A DNA stretch of 64,000 bases from an uncultured Acidobacteriota bacterium (GTDB lineage: Bacteria > Acidobacteriota > Thermoanaerobaculia > Multivoradales > SZUA-115): positions 896,001-960,000 of the forward strand of contig CAWDVR010000001.1 in the NCBI GenBank assembly GCA_963805975.1, read 5' to 3'. This document shows, one piece after another, positions 38,738 through 49,215 of this stretch (its first letter is position 1; each line of letters begins with the position of its first letter). The notes beneath the pieces were generated by a model. That model saw only the letters and a list, made by a program, of their open reading frames with translations, ran no database searches and was not told the origin of the DNA. The position numbers and the translations under genes are program-made.

Positions 38738-40147
38738 ATGACGATCCGAGCCGGCCAGCGCGTGGGCCTCATCAGCCTGGGCTGCGCCAAGAATCTGGTG
38801 GACTCCGAGGTGATGCTCGGCGAGCTCGCGGGCCTGGGCTACGAGATCGTGGCCGATGCGGCCGACGCCGACACGGTGATCGTGAACACTTGCGGCTTCA
38901 TCGACCAGGCGCGCGAGGAGTCGGTCAACACCATCCTGGAGATGGCCCAGTTGAAAGCACAGGGCCTGACGGCCGGCGGCGGAGTCAAGAGGCTGCTGGT
39001 GGCCGGCTGCATGGTGCAGCGCCACGGCGCCGAGCTGGCGCGCGAGATCCCGGAGATCGACGGCTTCATCGGTCTCGACGATCTGAGGAAAGTGGGCTCG
39101 GTGGTCGAGATCGGGGGCGGACCGCCGCCTCCTTCACCGTCCCATCTGGTCTTCGACCACACCGCGCCCCGACTGCTCACCACCCGTGGGCACGCCTACC
39201 TGAAGGTGGCCGAGGGCTGCAACAACCCCTGCACCTTCTGCGCGATCCCGGTGTGGCGCGGCCGGTTTCGCAGCCGCACGATCGACAGCCTGGTGACCGA
39301 GGCCCGGGAGCTCGAAAGCGCCGGAGTGAAGGAACTCTGCCTCATCGCCCAGGACACCACGCGCTACGGCGAGGATTTGGGCCTGGGCAGTAATGGGGGC
39401 TACGGCCGGGACGGCCTCGAGCGGCTGGCGGAGGCCCTGCTGGCCGCCACCGACATCCCCTGGCTGCGGTTCCTCTACGCCTATCCCACCACCCTGGACG
39501 AAGGGCTGCTGCGGCTCATGGGGGCCGAGGAGCGGTTCGTCTCCTACCTCGACATGCCGCTCCAGCACAGCCATCCGGACGTGCTGCGGGCCATGAAGCG
39601 GGGCGGATCGGACCGCCGCTATCGCCAGATCGTCGACCGCGCCCGCGAGCTGGTGCCGGACATCTTCCTGCGCACCACCTTCATCGTCGGCTTCCCGGGA
39701 GAGACCGAAGAGCACTTCCGGCACCTGCTGGCCTTCGTCGAGGAGCTGCGCTTCGACCATCTCGGCGCCTTCGCCTACAGCATCGAGGAGGACACGCCGT
39801 CCGCCGCGCTTCCCGGCCGCGTGCCCAAGGGCGTCGCCCGGCGGCGCTACGAGAAGCTGCTGGCGGTGCAGAGGCCCATCGCCCACGAGAGCCGCCGGCG
39901 CCTCCTGGGCCGCCGGCTCACCGTGCTGGTCGAGGGGGTGTCGGAGGAGAGCGAGCACCTGCTCGAAGGCCGCCACTTCGGGATGGCCCCGGGCATCGAC
40001 GGCCACCTGTTCATCAACGACGGCCGCGCCCCGGCCGGCAGCTTCGCCGAGGTGGAGGTCACGGACGCCTATCCGGACGACCTGGTGGGGCGGATCGTGG
40101 GACCGCGGGGCGCACCGGGCGTGGAAGTGGCCGAAGCCGCCGCTTGA
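38738..40147 (+). CDS. rimO: Ribosomal protein S12 methylthiotransferase
   Basis: SLGCAKNLVDSE, NTCGFI, CNNPCTFCAIP radical-SAM motif and TRAM domain. Confidence 0.95.
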   Translation: MTIRAGQRVGLISLGCAKNLVDSEVMLGELAGLGYEIVADAADADTVIVNTCGFIDQAREESVNTILEMAQLKAQGLTAGGGVKRLLVAGCMVQRHGAELAREIPEIDGFIGLDDLRKVGSVVEIGGGPPPPSPSHLVFDHTAPRLLTTRGHAYLKVAEGCNNPCTFCAIPVWRGRFRSRTIDSLVTEARELESAGVKELCLIAQDTTRYGEDLGLGSNGGYGRDGLERLAEALLAATDIPWLRFLYAYPTTLDEGLLRLMGAEERFVSYLDMPLQHSHPDVLRAMKRGGSDRRYRQIVDRARELVPDIFLRTTFIVGFPGETEEHFRHLLAFVEELRFDHLGAFAYSIEEDTPSAALPGRVPKGVARRRYEKLLAVQRPIAHESRRRLLGRRLTVLVEGVSEESEHLLEGRHFGMAPGIDGHLFINDGRAPAGSFAEVEVTDAYPDDLVGRIVGPRGAPGVEVAEAAA

Positions 40148-40152
40148 GCCCG

Positions 40153-41133
40153 ATGCAGGTCATCCCGGACGCGCTCGCCGCCGCCGACCTGCCGCAGGGC
40201 GTGGTCGCCACGATCGGCAACTTCGACGGCGTGCACCGTGGCCAGCGGGCCATCCTGGAGCACGTGGTCGAGCGCGGCCGGGCCCTCGGCCTGCCGGCCG
40301 TGGTGGTGACCTTCGAGCCCCATCCGCTCGCCGTGGTGCAGCCCGAGTCCGCGCCGCCGCGGCTCACCACCGCGGCGCAGAAAGAGCGGCTGATCTCCGC
40401 CCTGGGGCTCGATGCCATGCTGGTGCTCTCCTTCACCCGCGAGCTCGCGGCCACGCCGGCCGAGCGCTTCGTGCGCGAGTTCCTGGCCGGCGCGATCGGG
40501 GCGCGGGAGATCTACGTCGGCGCGGGCTTCGTCTTCGGCCGCAAGCGCGAAGGCGACCTCGCGCTCCTCCAGCGGGTGGGGGCGGAGCGGGGCTTCACGG
40601 CCGCCGCCGCGCCGGAGGTGCTGCTCGGCGGGCTGCGCATCTCGAGCACCCGGATCCGGCGCGCGGTGACCGACGGCCGGGTGGAGGAGGCGTGCGAGAT
40701 GCTGGGGCGTCCCTATGCCATCGAGGGCACGGTGGCGCGCGGCGACCGGATGGGGCAGCGCCTGGGCTGGCCGACCGTCAACCTCGCCTCCGAGAACGAG
40801 CTGGTGCCGGCCGACGGCGTGTACGCGGGCCAGGCGACCTTTCCCAGTTTCCCGACCACCTTCAACTGTGCCACCAACATCGGCACCCGGCCCACGGTCT
40901 ACGAGAGCTACCGCCGGGTGGTGGAGAGCCACGTGCTCGACTTCCAATCCGACGTCTACGGCCAGCGGGTGGAGCTCACCTTCCACCGCCGGCTGCGGGA
41001 GGAGCGGATCTTCCCCTCGGTGATGGACCTCTCGGCCCAGATCCGGCAGGACGTCGAGACCACGCGAGAATACTTTGCCGCCCGCGAGCGTTCTCACGGG
41101 GGGCACGGTGAGAAGGCCCCGAGTGCCGCTTGA
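40153..41133 (+). CDS. ribF: Bifunctional riboflavin kinase / FAD synthetase
   Basis: IGNFDGVHRGQ, TFEPHP, ISSTRIR, PTVN and NIGTRPT motifs. Confidence 0.95.
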   Translation: MQVIPDALAAADLPQGVVATIGNFDGVHRGQRAILEHVVERGRALGLPAVVVTFEPHPLAVVQPESAPPRLTTAAQKERLISALGLDAMLVLSFTRELAATPAERFVREFLAGAIGAREIYVGAGFVFGRKREGDLALLQRVGAERGFTAAAAPEVLLGGLRISSTRIRRAVTDGRVEEACEMLGRPYAIEGTVARGDRMGQRLGWPTVNLASENELVPADGVYAGQATFPSFPTTFNCATNIGTRPTVYESYRRVVESHVLDFQSDVYGQRVELTFHRRLREERIFPSVMDLSAQIRQDVETTREYFAARERSHGGHGEKAPSAA

Positions 41134-41172
41134 ACGACTCCCTCGAACCAACCCAGCTCCAGGAGACGAGCC

Positions 41173-41502
41173 ATGGCCAGCGATAAGATCGTGACCGCGA
41201 CCAACGACAACTTTCAGACCGAGGTTCTGCAGTCCTCCGAGCCGGTGCTGGTGGATTTCTGGGCCCAGTGGTGCGGCCCCTGCCGCATGGTGGCCCCGGT
41301 CCTCGACCAGCTCGCGGACGAGATGCAGGGCAAAGTGAAGATCGCCAAGCTCAACGTCGACGAGAACCAGGAGACCGCCTACCAGTTCCAGGTGTCGAGC
41401 ATCCCGACCTTCATCCTGTTCAAGGACGGCAAGATGGCCGACCGCACCATGGGCGCGCTCCCCAAGTCCGCCTTCGAGAGCTTCATCAACCGCAACCTGT
41501 AA
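41173..41502 (+). CDS. trxA: Thioredoxin
   Basis: WCGPC active site. Confidence 0.97.
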   Translation: MASDKIVTATNDNFQTEVLQSSEPVLVDFWAQWCGPCRMVAPVLDQLADEMQGKVKIAKLNVDENQETAYQFQVSSIPTFILFKDGKMADRTMGALPKSAFESFINRNL

Positions 41503-41512
41503 TCGCCGGTTC

Positions 41513-42736
41513 GTGATCTCCAGCCTGGATCGCGGACTGGCCGAGCTCGGCGCTGCGGCGCTGGTCGTGGTGGCGGAGAACAGCCGTGACCCCGACCTGG
41601 CCCGCTTCGCCGGGCCGGTACATCTCGGCGAGTGCTTCCTGATCGTGCCGCGGGGCGCTCGCCCCCGGCTCGGCTTCTACACCCCCATGGAGCGGGACGA
41701 GGCGGCGGCGACCGGACTCGACCTGCTGCAACCCGCCGACCTCGGCCTCGACAAGCTGCTGCGCGAGGCCCCGACCCGCGAGCTGGCGGTGGCCGGGGCC
41801 CTCGAGCGCGCGCTCCGCCATCTCGCTATCGAACCGAACCGGATCGCGCTCGCCGGCACCGGCCCGGCCGGCACGCTCTGGGAAACCGGAGCGATGCTGG
41901 CCCGCGCCGGCTGGACCCCGGTCTCCGGCAATCGCCTGACCCGCCTGGTGCGCAAGGCCAAGACCGCCGCCGAGATCGCGGAGGCGCGGCGCGTGGCGGC
42001 CGGCGCCGCATCCGCGTTCCGGCAGGTGGCCGGCCTGCTGGCCGCGGCCAGCGTGGAGGAGGGAGAGCTGCGACTCGGCGGCGAGGGGCTGACCGTGGGG
42101 CGGCTCAAGCGCGAGATCGCCCGCAGCCTCGCCGACTTCGAGCTCGAGCAGCCCCGGGGCAATATCGTCGCGCCGGCGGAGGAGGGCGCGGTTCCCCACT
42201 CGTCCGGCACCGGCGGGCGGGCACTGCGGGCCGGGCAGTCGATCGTCGTCGACCTCTTCCCCAAGGGCTGGCTGTTCGCGGACTGCACCCGCACCTTCTG
42301 CGTCGGTCGGCCGCCCGAGCCGCTGGCCGCCGCCCACGGTGCCGTTCTCGCCGCGCTGGAACGCTCCCACGAGCGGCTCTCGGCCGAGCGAGTGGCTGCC
42401 AGGCCGCGTGGTCATTCGCTCCAGGCGTCGGTCTGCTCGGGGTTCAAGTCCCTGGGCTACCCGACGCCGGTGACCGACCCCGGCACCACCGTCGGCTACG
42501 TCCACAACCTGGGTCACGGCGTGGGCTTCGATCTGCACGAGTACCCGAGCTTCCGCCGCGAGGCCGGGGAGGAGGGGGTGCTCGAGGTGGGCGACCTCGT
42601 GACTGTGGAGCCCGGCCTGTACGACCCGGGGGCGGGATGGGGCGTGCGGCTGGAGGACATGGTCCATCTCTCCGCGGACGGCCCGGAGAATTTGACTCCC
42701 CTGCCCTACGCGCTCGATCCCGGAGAGTGGGTGTGA
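41513..42736 (+). CDS. M24 family (Xaa-Pro-like) peptidase
   Basis: DLFP...[19 protein letters not shown] and GVRLED metal ligands. Confidence 0.9.
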   Translation: MISSLDRGLAELGAAALVVVAENSRDPDLARFAGPVHLGECFLIVPRGARPRLGFYTPMERDEAAATGLDLLQPADLGLDKLLREAPTRELAVAGALERALRHLAIEPNRIALAGTGPAGTLWETGAMLARAGWTPVSGNRLTRLVRKAKTAAEIAEARRVAAGAASAFRQVAGLLAAASVEEGELRLGGEGLTVGRLKREIARSLADFELEQPRGNIVAPAEEGAVPHSSGTGGRALRAGQSIVVDLFPKGWLFADCTRTFCVGRPPEPLAAAHGAVLAALERSHERLSAERVAARPRGHSLQASVCSGFKSLGYPTPVTDPGTTVGYVHNLGHGVGFDLHEYPSFRREAGEEGVLEVGDLVTVEPGLYDPGAGWGVRLEDMVHLSADGPENLTPLPYALDPGEWV

Positions 42737-42763
42737 CCGGGGGAGCCCAGGAAGGGCCCGCGC

Positions 42764-45199
42764 ATGCCGAGGCTGGCTTCTGATCTCCGCCTGGCGTGGC
42801 GCGGCCTCGCCCAGAGCCCCGCCTACACGGCGGCGGCACTCCTCATCCTGACCCTGGGCATCGGCGTCAACACCACGGTCTGGAGCGTCGTCAACGCCCT
42901 TTTCTTCGCCCCGCCTCGCGAGGTGGTCGCGCCGGAGCGGCTGGTGCTGGCCAATCACTTCTCGCGGGATGCCCCGGCGAGCAACTGGAGCTACGCGGAC
43001 TACGACTTCTTCCGGCGCGAGGCCCGACCGCTGACCGAGCTCGCGGCCCACTCGCTGGGCAGCCATGTGGTGACGGCCGAGATCGGCGAGTCCCTGCTCT
43101 CGGTCCGCCTGATCTTCGTGTCGGACAACTATTTCAGCGTGCTCGGCGTGAAGCCGGCCGCCGGCCGCGGCCTGGTCGCCGACGACAATTTCTTGCCGGG
43201 CAGCGAGCCGGTGGCCATGGCGAGCCACGGGTTCTGGCGGCGTGGCCTCGCCGGGAGCCCGGGCGCCGTGGGCTCGGGCGTCCGGCTCAACGGCCAGCCC
43301 TTCACCGTCGTCGGGGTCGCGCCCCAGGGCTTCGCCGGCCTTGGCGCGGCCGACGAGCCGGTGGACCTCTGGGTGCCGATCGTCGAGCGGCCCTTGCTCC
43401 TGGGCGGCAGCCCGGCGGTCCTCGAGCGGCGCCCCCATTGGGTCCTGGGCTGGCTCAAGGTCTTCGGCAGGCTGGGCCCGGGGGTCGGGATCGAGGAGGC
43501 GCAAGCGAACCTCGACGCCGTTTCCAGACGGCTGGGCGAACAGGTGCCCGAGTGGGCCGACAGCGGCGACGGGGTCGAGCTCCTCGGCCAGTACCGCTTC
43601 CATCCGCGGGTCGGCAGGAGCCTCGCCCGGCTGCTCCGGCTGCTCACCGCGGTGGGGTCGGTGGTGCTGGTGATCGCGGTGCTGAACCTGACGCTGCTGC
43701 TGCTCGCCCGCGCGTCCTCGCGCAGCAGGCAGACTGGCATCCGCCTGGCGCTCGGCGCCTCGCGCGGGCGCATCGCCCGCGAGCTGCTCGCCGAGTGCTG
43801 GCTCCTGGGCCTGGCCGGCGGCGCGGCGGCGTTCCTGGTGGCCTTCTGGTCTGCCGGCCTCGCGGGCCGGGCGTTGCCCTTCCGCCTGCACGCCGACTTC
43901 GCCCCGGACCTGCGCGTCCTCGCGGCGACGCTCGCGGCCTCGGTCGTCACCGCGCTGCTCTTCGGCTTGCTGCCGGCTCTGCTCGGCTCGAGGACGGAGG
44001 CGCTGTCGGTGATCCGCCGCGGCGAAGGCAGGGACGTTTGGGCGAAGCTGCACGACGCCCTGGTGGTGGCGCAGATCGCTCTCGCCGTGCCGCTCACGGC
44101 CGGCGCCGTGGTCTTCGTCCAGAGCTTTCGCGAGGCGAGCCGGGTGGACCTCGGCTTCGCCAGCGACCGGCGGCTCATCGTCTCGCTCCAACTCGGCCAG
44201 CACGGTTACGGCGCCGGCGAGGCGCGGCAGTTCGGGGAGCTGGCACGCGAGCGGTTGCTGGCGCTGCCCGGGGTCGAGCAGGTATCGACCCTCGCGGTGC
44301 CGCCTTTCTCCGGCACCATGCTCGACACGGCGCTCGCCGAGGGCCGACCGGAGGACGAGCGGCTCGAGGTCGCCCTCAACCTCGGCGGGCCGGGCTTCTT
44401 CCGGGCGCTGGGGATCCCCCTGCTGGCCGGCCGCGATTTCACGGCGCAGGACCGCGCGGGAGCCGAGAACGTCGCGGTGGTGAGCCAGGCCGCCGCGGAC
44501 CGGCTGTGGCCCGGGGAGGATCCCCTCGGCCGCCGGCTGCTGTCGCTGGCAGAGCCGCGGACCGTGATCGGCGTCGCGGCGCCCACGCGGTTCCAGCGGC
44601 TGGACGAGCCGGCGGCGGCGAGCGTGTACCTGCCGGCGCTCCAGGCGGGCGAGAACGAGCTCAGCCTGGTGGTGGTGACGAAGGCGAGGCCCGCGGCTCT
44701 CGCGCCGGCCGTCGAGCGGGGCCTCCGGGCGCTCGATCCACGGATCTCGATCGCGGACCTCCAGCCGCTCGACACGATCGTGGACCGGGTGCTGGGTGGC
44801 TACCGGGTGGGTGCCGTCCTCGTCGGTGGCTTTGCCGCCCTCGCGCTGCTGCTCACCGCGACCGGCCTCTACGGCGTGCTCGCGTACCGGGTGTCCCGGG
44901 GCCAGCGGCGGATCGGCGTCCAGATGGCGCTCGGCGCCAGCCGGTCGAGGGTGGCGGGGACGGTGCTGCGTCGTGGCCTGCTGCTCGCCGCCTGGGGCGT
45001 GCCGATCGGCCTCGGCGTGGCCTGGGCCGGCGGCCGGCTGCTCGAGAGCTTCCTGTTCCAGGCCCGGGCCGGCGACCCCTGGCAGCTCCTCGGGGTGTCG
45101 CTCGTCGTGGTGGCGGTCATCGCCCTCGCGAGCTGGCTCCCGGCGCGGCGCGCCGCGCGCGTCGATCCGGTCACCGCGCTCCGGGAAGGGCAGGGTTAG
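42764..45199 (+). CDS. ADOP-type duplicated MacB/FtsX ABC permease
   Basis: LTLGIGVNT, IRLALGASRGR, LVVAQIAL, GLYGVLAY and PARRAARVDPVTALR. Confidence 0.9.
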   Translation: MPRLASDLRLAWRGLAQSPAYTAAALLILTLGIGVNTTVWSVVNALFFAPPREVVAPERLVLANHFSRDAPASNWSYADYDFFRREARPLTELAAHSLGSHVVTAEIGESLLSVRLIFVSDNYFSVLGVKPAAGRGLVADDNFLPGSEPVAMASHGFWRRGLAGSPGAVGSGVRLNGQPFTVVGVAPQGFAGLGAADEPVDLWVPIVERPLLLGGSPAVLERRPHWVLGWLKVFGRLGPGVGIEEAQANLDAVSRRLGEQVPEWADSGDGVELLGQYRFHPRVGRSLARLLRLLTAVGSVVLVIAVLNLTLLLLARASSRSRQTGIRLALGASRGRIARELLAECWLLGLAGGAAAFLVAFWSAGLAGRALPFRLHADFAPDLRVLAATLAASVVTALLFGLLPALLGSRTEALSVIRRGEGRDVWAKLHDALVVAQIALAVPLTAGAVVFVQSFREASRVDLGFASDRRLIVSLQLGQHGYGAGEARQFGELARERLLALPGVEQVSTLAVPPFSGTMLDTALAEGRPEDERLEVALNLGGPGFFRALGIPLLAGRDFTAQDRAGAENVAVVSQAAADRLWPGEDPLGRRLLSLAEPRTVIGVAAPTRFQRLDEPAAASVYLPALQAGENELSLVVVTKARPAALAPAVERGLRALDPRISIADLQPLDTIVDRVLGGYRVGAVLVGGFAALALLLTATGLYGVLAYRVSRGQRRIGVQMALGASRSRVAGTVLRRGLLLAAWGVPIGLGVAWAGGRLLESFLFQARAGDPWQLLGVSLVVVAVIALASWLPARRAARVDPVTALREGQG

Positions 45200-45211
45200 A
45201 GTCCCGCTCGG

Positions 45212-46210
45212 ATGCGCCTCCGTCTCGCCCTCCTCTCCCTTCTGGCCTCCCTCGGGCTCGCCGAGCTGACGGTGCGCCTGCTGGCGCCGGTGGACTACCG
45301 GCGGCCCCCCGCGCGGCGCGAGAGCCCCTGGCGGACGCTGGTGCACCGGCCGTCGCAGGTGCCGGGGCTGGCCTACGAGCTGGCGCCCGGCGTCGAGGCC
45401 GACACCGATCGGGGACGGGTCGTGACCAACTCGTTCGGCATGCGGGACCGCGAGCGCCAGCTCGTGGCGCCGGCGGGCACCGCCCGCCTCGCCGTGCTCG
45501 GCGACTCCTTCACCTTCGGCTTCGGGGTCGAGGCCGAGGAAACCTACCCGGCGGTGCTCGAGCGGCTGCTCAACGGGGCAGGAGGGGAACGCTTCGAGGT
45601 CTTGAACTTCGGCGTCGGCGGCTACTCGACGCGCGACGAGGCGGCCCTGCTGGCTCACAAGGTGCGAGCCTTCAAACCCCGGCTGGTGCTCCTCGGCTAC
45701 GTGTTGAACGATCCCGAGATCGACCCGGTGCAGCCGCTCCAGGCGTACTTCGCCCCGGTCGCCTGGTGGCAGCGGTTCCACCTCACCCGGCTGGTGGCGC
45801 GTGCCGCCAACGCGCGCGCCGTGGCGCGGAACGGCGGCAACTACACCCGCTACCTGCACTCCGAGCCGCGCAAGTGGGGGAGCGTGGTGGCCGCCTTCGC
45901 CCACATCCACGAGCTGGCGCGAGAGGACGGCTTCGAGGTCGCGGTGGCCATCTTCCCCGTGATCCCGGAGACGAGCTGGCAGAGCTACCCGTTCCGGCAG
46001 ATCCACGAGCAGGTGGCGGCGGCGGCGCGCGGCAAGCGCTTCGGGGTGATCGACCTGCTGGCGCCGCTCTCGGCCTACCCGCCCCAGGAGATCTCGCTCA
46101 GCGCCGAGGACCGCCACCCCAACCGGCGCGGGCACGAGGTTGCGGCGCGGGCAATGTACGAGAGAATCGAAGGACTGTACCCGCACCTTCTCGAGGAGCC
46201 CCGCCCGTGA
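45212..46210 (+). CDS. SGNH/GDSL hydrolase
   Basis: GDSFTFG, NFGVGGY, LND and DRHPN motifs; N-terminal anchor. Confidence 0.88.
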   Translation: MRLRLALLSLLASLGLAELTVRLLAPVDYRRPPARRESPWRTLVHRPSQVPGLAYELAPGVEADTDRGRVVTNSFGMRDRERQLVAPAGTARLAVLGDSFTFGFGVEAEETYPAVLERLLNGAGGERFEVLNFGVGGYSTRDEAALLAHKVRAFKPRLVLLGYVLNDPEIDPVQPLQAYFAPVAWWQRFHLTRLVARAANARAVARNGGNYTRYLHSEPRKWGSVVAAFAHIHELAREDGFEVAVAIFPVIPETSWQSYPFRQIHEQVAAAARGKRFGVIDLLAPLSAYPPQEISLSAEDRHPNRRGHEVAARAMYERIEGLYPHLLEEPRP

Positions 46211-48663
46211 ATGACCCCCAGGCCTACGAAAAGCTCGGCGTGTTCTACCTCGGCCGCCCGCTCGACCCGGAGACGCACCAGCCGGCGGCCGCGCCGCTGC
46301 TCTATGACTCGCAGGACCTCCTCACCCACGCCGTGTGCCTGGGGATGACCGGCAGCGGCAAGACTGGCCTCTGCATCAGCCTGCTCGAAGAGGCGGCGAT
46401 CGACGGCATCCCGGCGCTGATCATCGATCCCAAGGGAGACCTGGGGAACCTGCTGCTGACCTTCCCCGACCTCCGACCCCAGGATTTCGAGCCCTGGGTG
46501 GACGAGTCCGAGGCCTCCCGCCAGGGCAAGTCGGTGGCGGACTTCGCGGGAGCACAGGCCGAGCTGTGGGAGAAGGGCCTCGCCGACTGGGACCAGAGCG
46601 GCGAGCGCATCCGCCGCTTGAAAGAGGCGGCGGACGTGGCGATCTACACCCCGGGCAGCGAGGCCGGCCTGCCGCTCTCGGTGCTCGCCTCGCTCAAGGC
46701 GCCGGGGCCGGCGGTGCGCGACGACTCGGACCTCTTCGCCGACCGCATCCAGACCGTGGCCGGGAGCCTCCTGTCGCTCCTCGGCATCGATGCCGACCCG
46801 GTGCGGAGCCGTGAGCACGTGCTGCTCTCGAATATTTTGGCCGACCGCTTTCGTGCCGGTCAGGACTTGGAGCTCGCAAGCCTCATCCACCTGATCCAGA
46901 ACCCACCGTTCGCCCGCGTCGGCGTGATGGAGGTGGAGAGCTTCTATCCCGGCAAGGAGCGCTTCGAGCTCGCCCTGGCGCTCAACAACCTGCTGGCTTC
47001 GCCGGCCATGCAGACTTGGCTCACCGGCGACCCGCTCGACGTCGACAAGCTGCTCTACACCGTTCAGGGCAAGCCACGCCTGGCGATCCTGTCCATCGCC
47101 CATCTCTCCGACAACGAGCGCATGTTCTTCGTGTCCCTGCTCCTCTCCGAGGTGGTGGGGTGGATGCGGAGCCAGTCAGGGACCTCCAGCCTGCGCGCCA
47201 TCCTCTACATGGACGAGGTCTTCGGCTTCCTGCCGCCGGTGGCCGAGCCGCCGTCGAAGAAGCCGCTCCTGACGCTGCTCAAGCAGGCGCGTGCCTTCGG
47301 CCTCGGCGTGGTGCTCGCCTCCCAGAACCCGGCCGACCTGGACTACAAGGCGCTCTCGAACGCGGGCACTTGGTTCCTCGGCCGGCTCCAGACCGAGCGC
47401 GACAAGATGCGGGTGATCGAGGGTCTGGAGGGAGTGGCGGCAACGGAGAGCGGCACCTTCGACAAGCAGGCCATGGAGCAGACCCTGGCGGGCCTCCCCA
47501 AGCGCACCTTCCTGCTGCACAACGTGCACGAAGGCGCGCCGCTGGTGTTCCAGACCCGCTGGGCGCTCTCGTACCTGCGGGGCCCGCTGACCCGGCAGGA
47601 GATCAAGCGGTTGATGGACCCGGTGCGCCGTGGGCCGGAGGTGACACTCGGTGCGCGGCAGGCCAGGGCCGGCGGCGAGAGCAAGACGGTTTCCGCTGCG
47701 GGCGCGTCCTCCGAGGGCCGGCCGCTGCTGCCGCCGGAGGTGCCCGAAACCTTCCTCGTCGCCCGCGGCAGTGGGGAGGTCGGCTACGAGCCCACCCTCC
47801 TCGGCTTGGCCGCGGTGCGCTACTACGATGCCAAGCGGCGGCTGGACCATACGGACGAGCTGGCGCTGCTGTTGCCGCTCGAATCGACCACCACCGCCTC
47901 CGACTGGCGGCAGGCCGAGGAGCTGGCGGCCGGCTTCGATCCGGAGCGGGACCTCGAGGGCCAACCCGCCTCAGGCGCCAGCTTCACGGCCCTGCCCGGA
48001 GCCGCGGCGCAAGCCAGGAGCTACAAGGGGTGGGAGAAGGAGCTGGCAGACACGCTCTTCCGCGAGCGCCGGCTGGACCTCCTGGCCTCGCCGCTCCTGG
48101 GCGAGACGGCGGCGCCCGGCGAGGACGAGCGGGCATTCCGCATCCGCATTGGGGACCTGGCGCGCCAGGCCCGCGACACGGAGAAGGAGAAGCTGCGCCA
48201 GAAGTACGGCACCCGGATCTCCGGCCTCGAAGAGCGCATCCGGCGCGCCCAGGACCGTGTCGAGCGCGAGAAGTCGCAGGCCTCGAGCGCCAAGACCTCG
48301 ACCGTGCTGTCGCTCGGCGCGGCCGCGGTGTCCGCGCTCTTCGGTCGCAAGACATTCAGCCGCTCGACGTTCTCCAAGGCCTCGTCGGCACTCAAGGGCG
48401 TGGGCCGGAGCATGGAGCAGGGCAAGGACGTGGACCGCGCCGAAGGAGACCTCGAGACCCTGCAGCAGGGCCTGGCCGAGCTCAACGCCGAGCTGGAGCG
48501 CGAGCTGGCTGTCCTGGCCGAACGCTACGACCCGCAGTCGCAGCCGCTCGAGACGCTGACGCTGCGGCCCAAGAAGAGCGATGTGACCGTGCGCCGGCTG
48601 ACGCTCGCCTGGACGCCGTGGCGGACTGCCAAGGCCGGAGGCCGCGAGCCGGCCTGGAGGTAG
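46207..48663 (+). CDS. HerA/DUF87-like P-loop ATPase with a C-terminal coiled coil
   Basis: 3' part of ORF 42796..48663, GTG at 46207; GMTGSGKT, IIDPKGD, YMDEV and KQARAFG...SQNP. Confidence 0.85.
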   Translation: MNDPQAYEKLGVFYLGRPLDPETHQPAAAPLLYDSQDLLTHAVCLGMTGSGKTGLCISLLEEAAIDGIPALIIDPKGDLGNLLLTFPDLRPQDFEPWVDESEASRQGKSVADFAGAQAELWEKGLADWDQSGERIRRLKEAADVAIYTPGSEAGLPLSVLASLKAPGPAVRDDSDLFADRIQTVAGSLLSLLGIDADPVRSREHVLLSNILADRFRAGQDLELASLIHLIQNPPFARVGVMEVESFYPGKERFELALALNNLLASPAMQTWLTGDPLDVDKLLYTVQGKPRLAILSIAHLSDNERMFFVSLLLSEVVGWMRSQSGTSSLRAILYMDEVFGFLPPVAEPPSKKPLLTLLKQARAFGLGVVLASQNPADLDYKALSNAGTWFLGRLQTERDKMRVIEGLEGVAATESGTFDKQAMEQTLAGLPKRTFLLHNVHEGAPLVFQTRWALSYLRGPLTRQEIKRLMDPVRRGPEVTLGARQARAGGESKTVSAAGASSEGRPLLPPEVPETFLVARGSGEVGYEPTLLGLAAVRYYDAKRRLDHTDELALLLPLESTTTASDWRQAEELAAGFDPERDLEGQPASGASFTALPGAAAQARSYKGWEKELADTLFRERRLDLLASPLLGETAAPGEDERAFRIRIGDLARQARDTEKEKLRQKYGTRISGLEERIRRAQDRVEREKSQASSAKTSTVLSLGAAAVSALFGRKTFSRSTFSKASSALKGVGRSMEQGKDVDRAEGDLETLQQGLAELNAELERELAVLAERYDPQSQPLETLTLRPKKSDVTVRRLTLAWTPWRTAKAGGREPAWR

Positions 48664-48670
48664 GGCGCCT

Positions 48671-49045
48671 CTACTCCGAGACCAGGGCGAGGATGTTCCC
48701 GTCCGGGTCCTTGAACCAGGCGGTGCGCATGCTCCCCGCAACGTGGACGTCGCCCTCGTGCGTCATGCCCGGCAGGTCATATCGCTCGAAGGTCACTCCC
48801 TTGGCCTGGAGGGCCTCCACCACTCCGTCCACGTCGTCGAGGACCCAGGTGACGGCAGTCGCTCGGTTCGTTCCGGCGTACTCTGACTCGTAGACGAAGA
48901 GCGTCGAGCTTCCGCTCTTGTAAGTCAGCACTTCCGGCTCCTCGGAATCGAGCGGCTTCAGGCCGAGCGTGTCGCTGTAGAATTTCTTCGCTACCCCAAC
49001 ATCCTTTACCGCGATCGTGGCGATAGCGTCATTGGTTCCCAACAT
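48671..49045 (-). CDS. VOC/glyoxalase family protein
   Basis: AKKFYSDTLGL and AWFKDPDGNIL motifs. Confidence 0.9.
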   Translation of the reverse strand: MLGTNDAIATIAVKDVGVAKKFYSDTLGLKPLDSEEPEVLTYKSGSSTLFVYESEYAGTNRATAVTWVLDDVDGVVEALQAKGVTFERYDLPGMTHEGDVHVAGSMRTAWFKDPDGNILALVSE

Positions 49046-49215
49046 TTCCTTCCTCCCTTCGCGTCGAAACTTCTCGGGCTTCCTGGACAGATCTTCCGGT
49101 TTGGGCGCACCGCTCACGTGATGGAGGCGCCCTGGGCCGACGGCTGCAAGCGAGAGGCCAGGACCGGGCGCGGTGGTAGGCTTCCGCCAAACCTTCCCGT
49201 GCGCCTTCCGGCCTC

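Noticed and set aside
42796-48663. 1955-aa ORF as a single giant protein
   Set aside because: The first ~1130 aa are an Arg/Pro/Gly-rich off-frame shadow of the permease and SGNH genes; only the part from GTG 46207 is protein-like.
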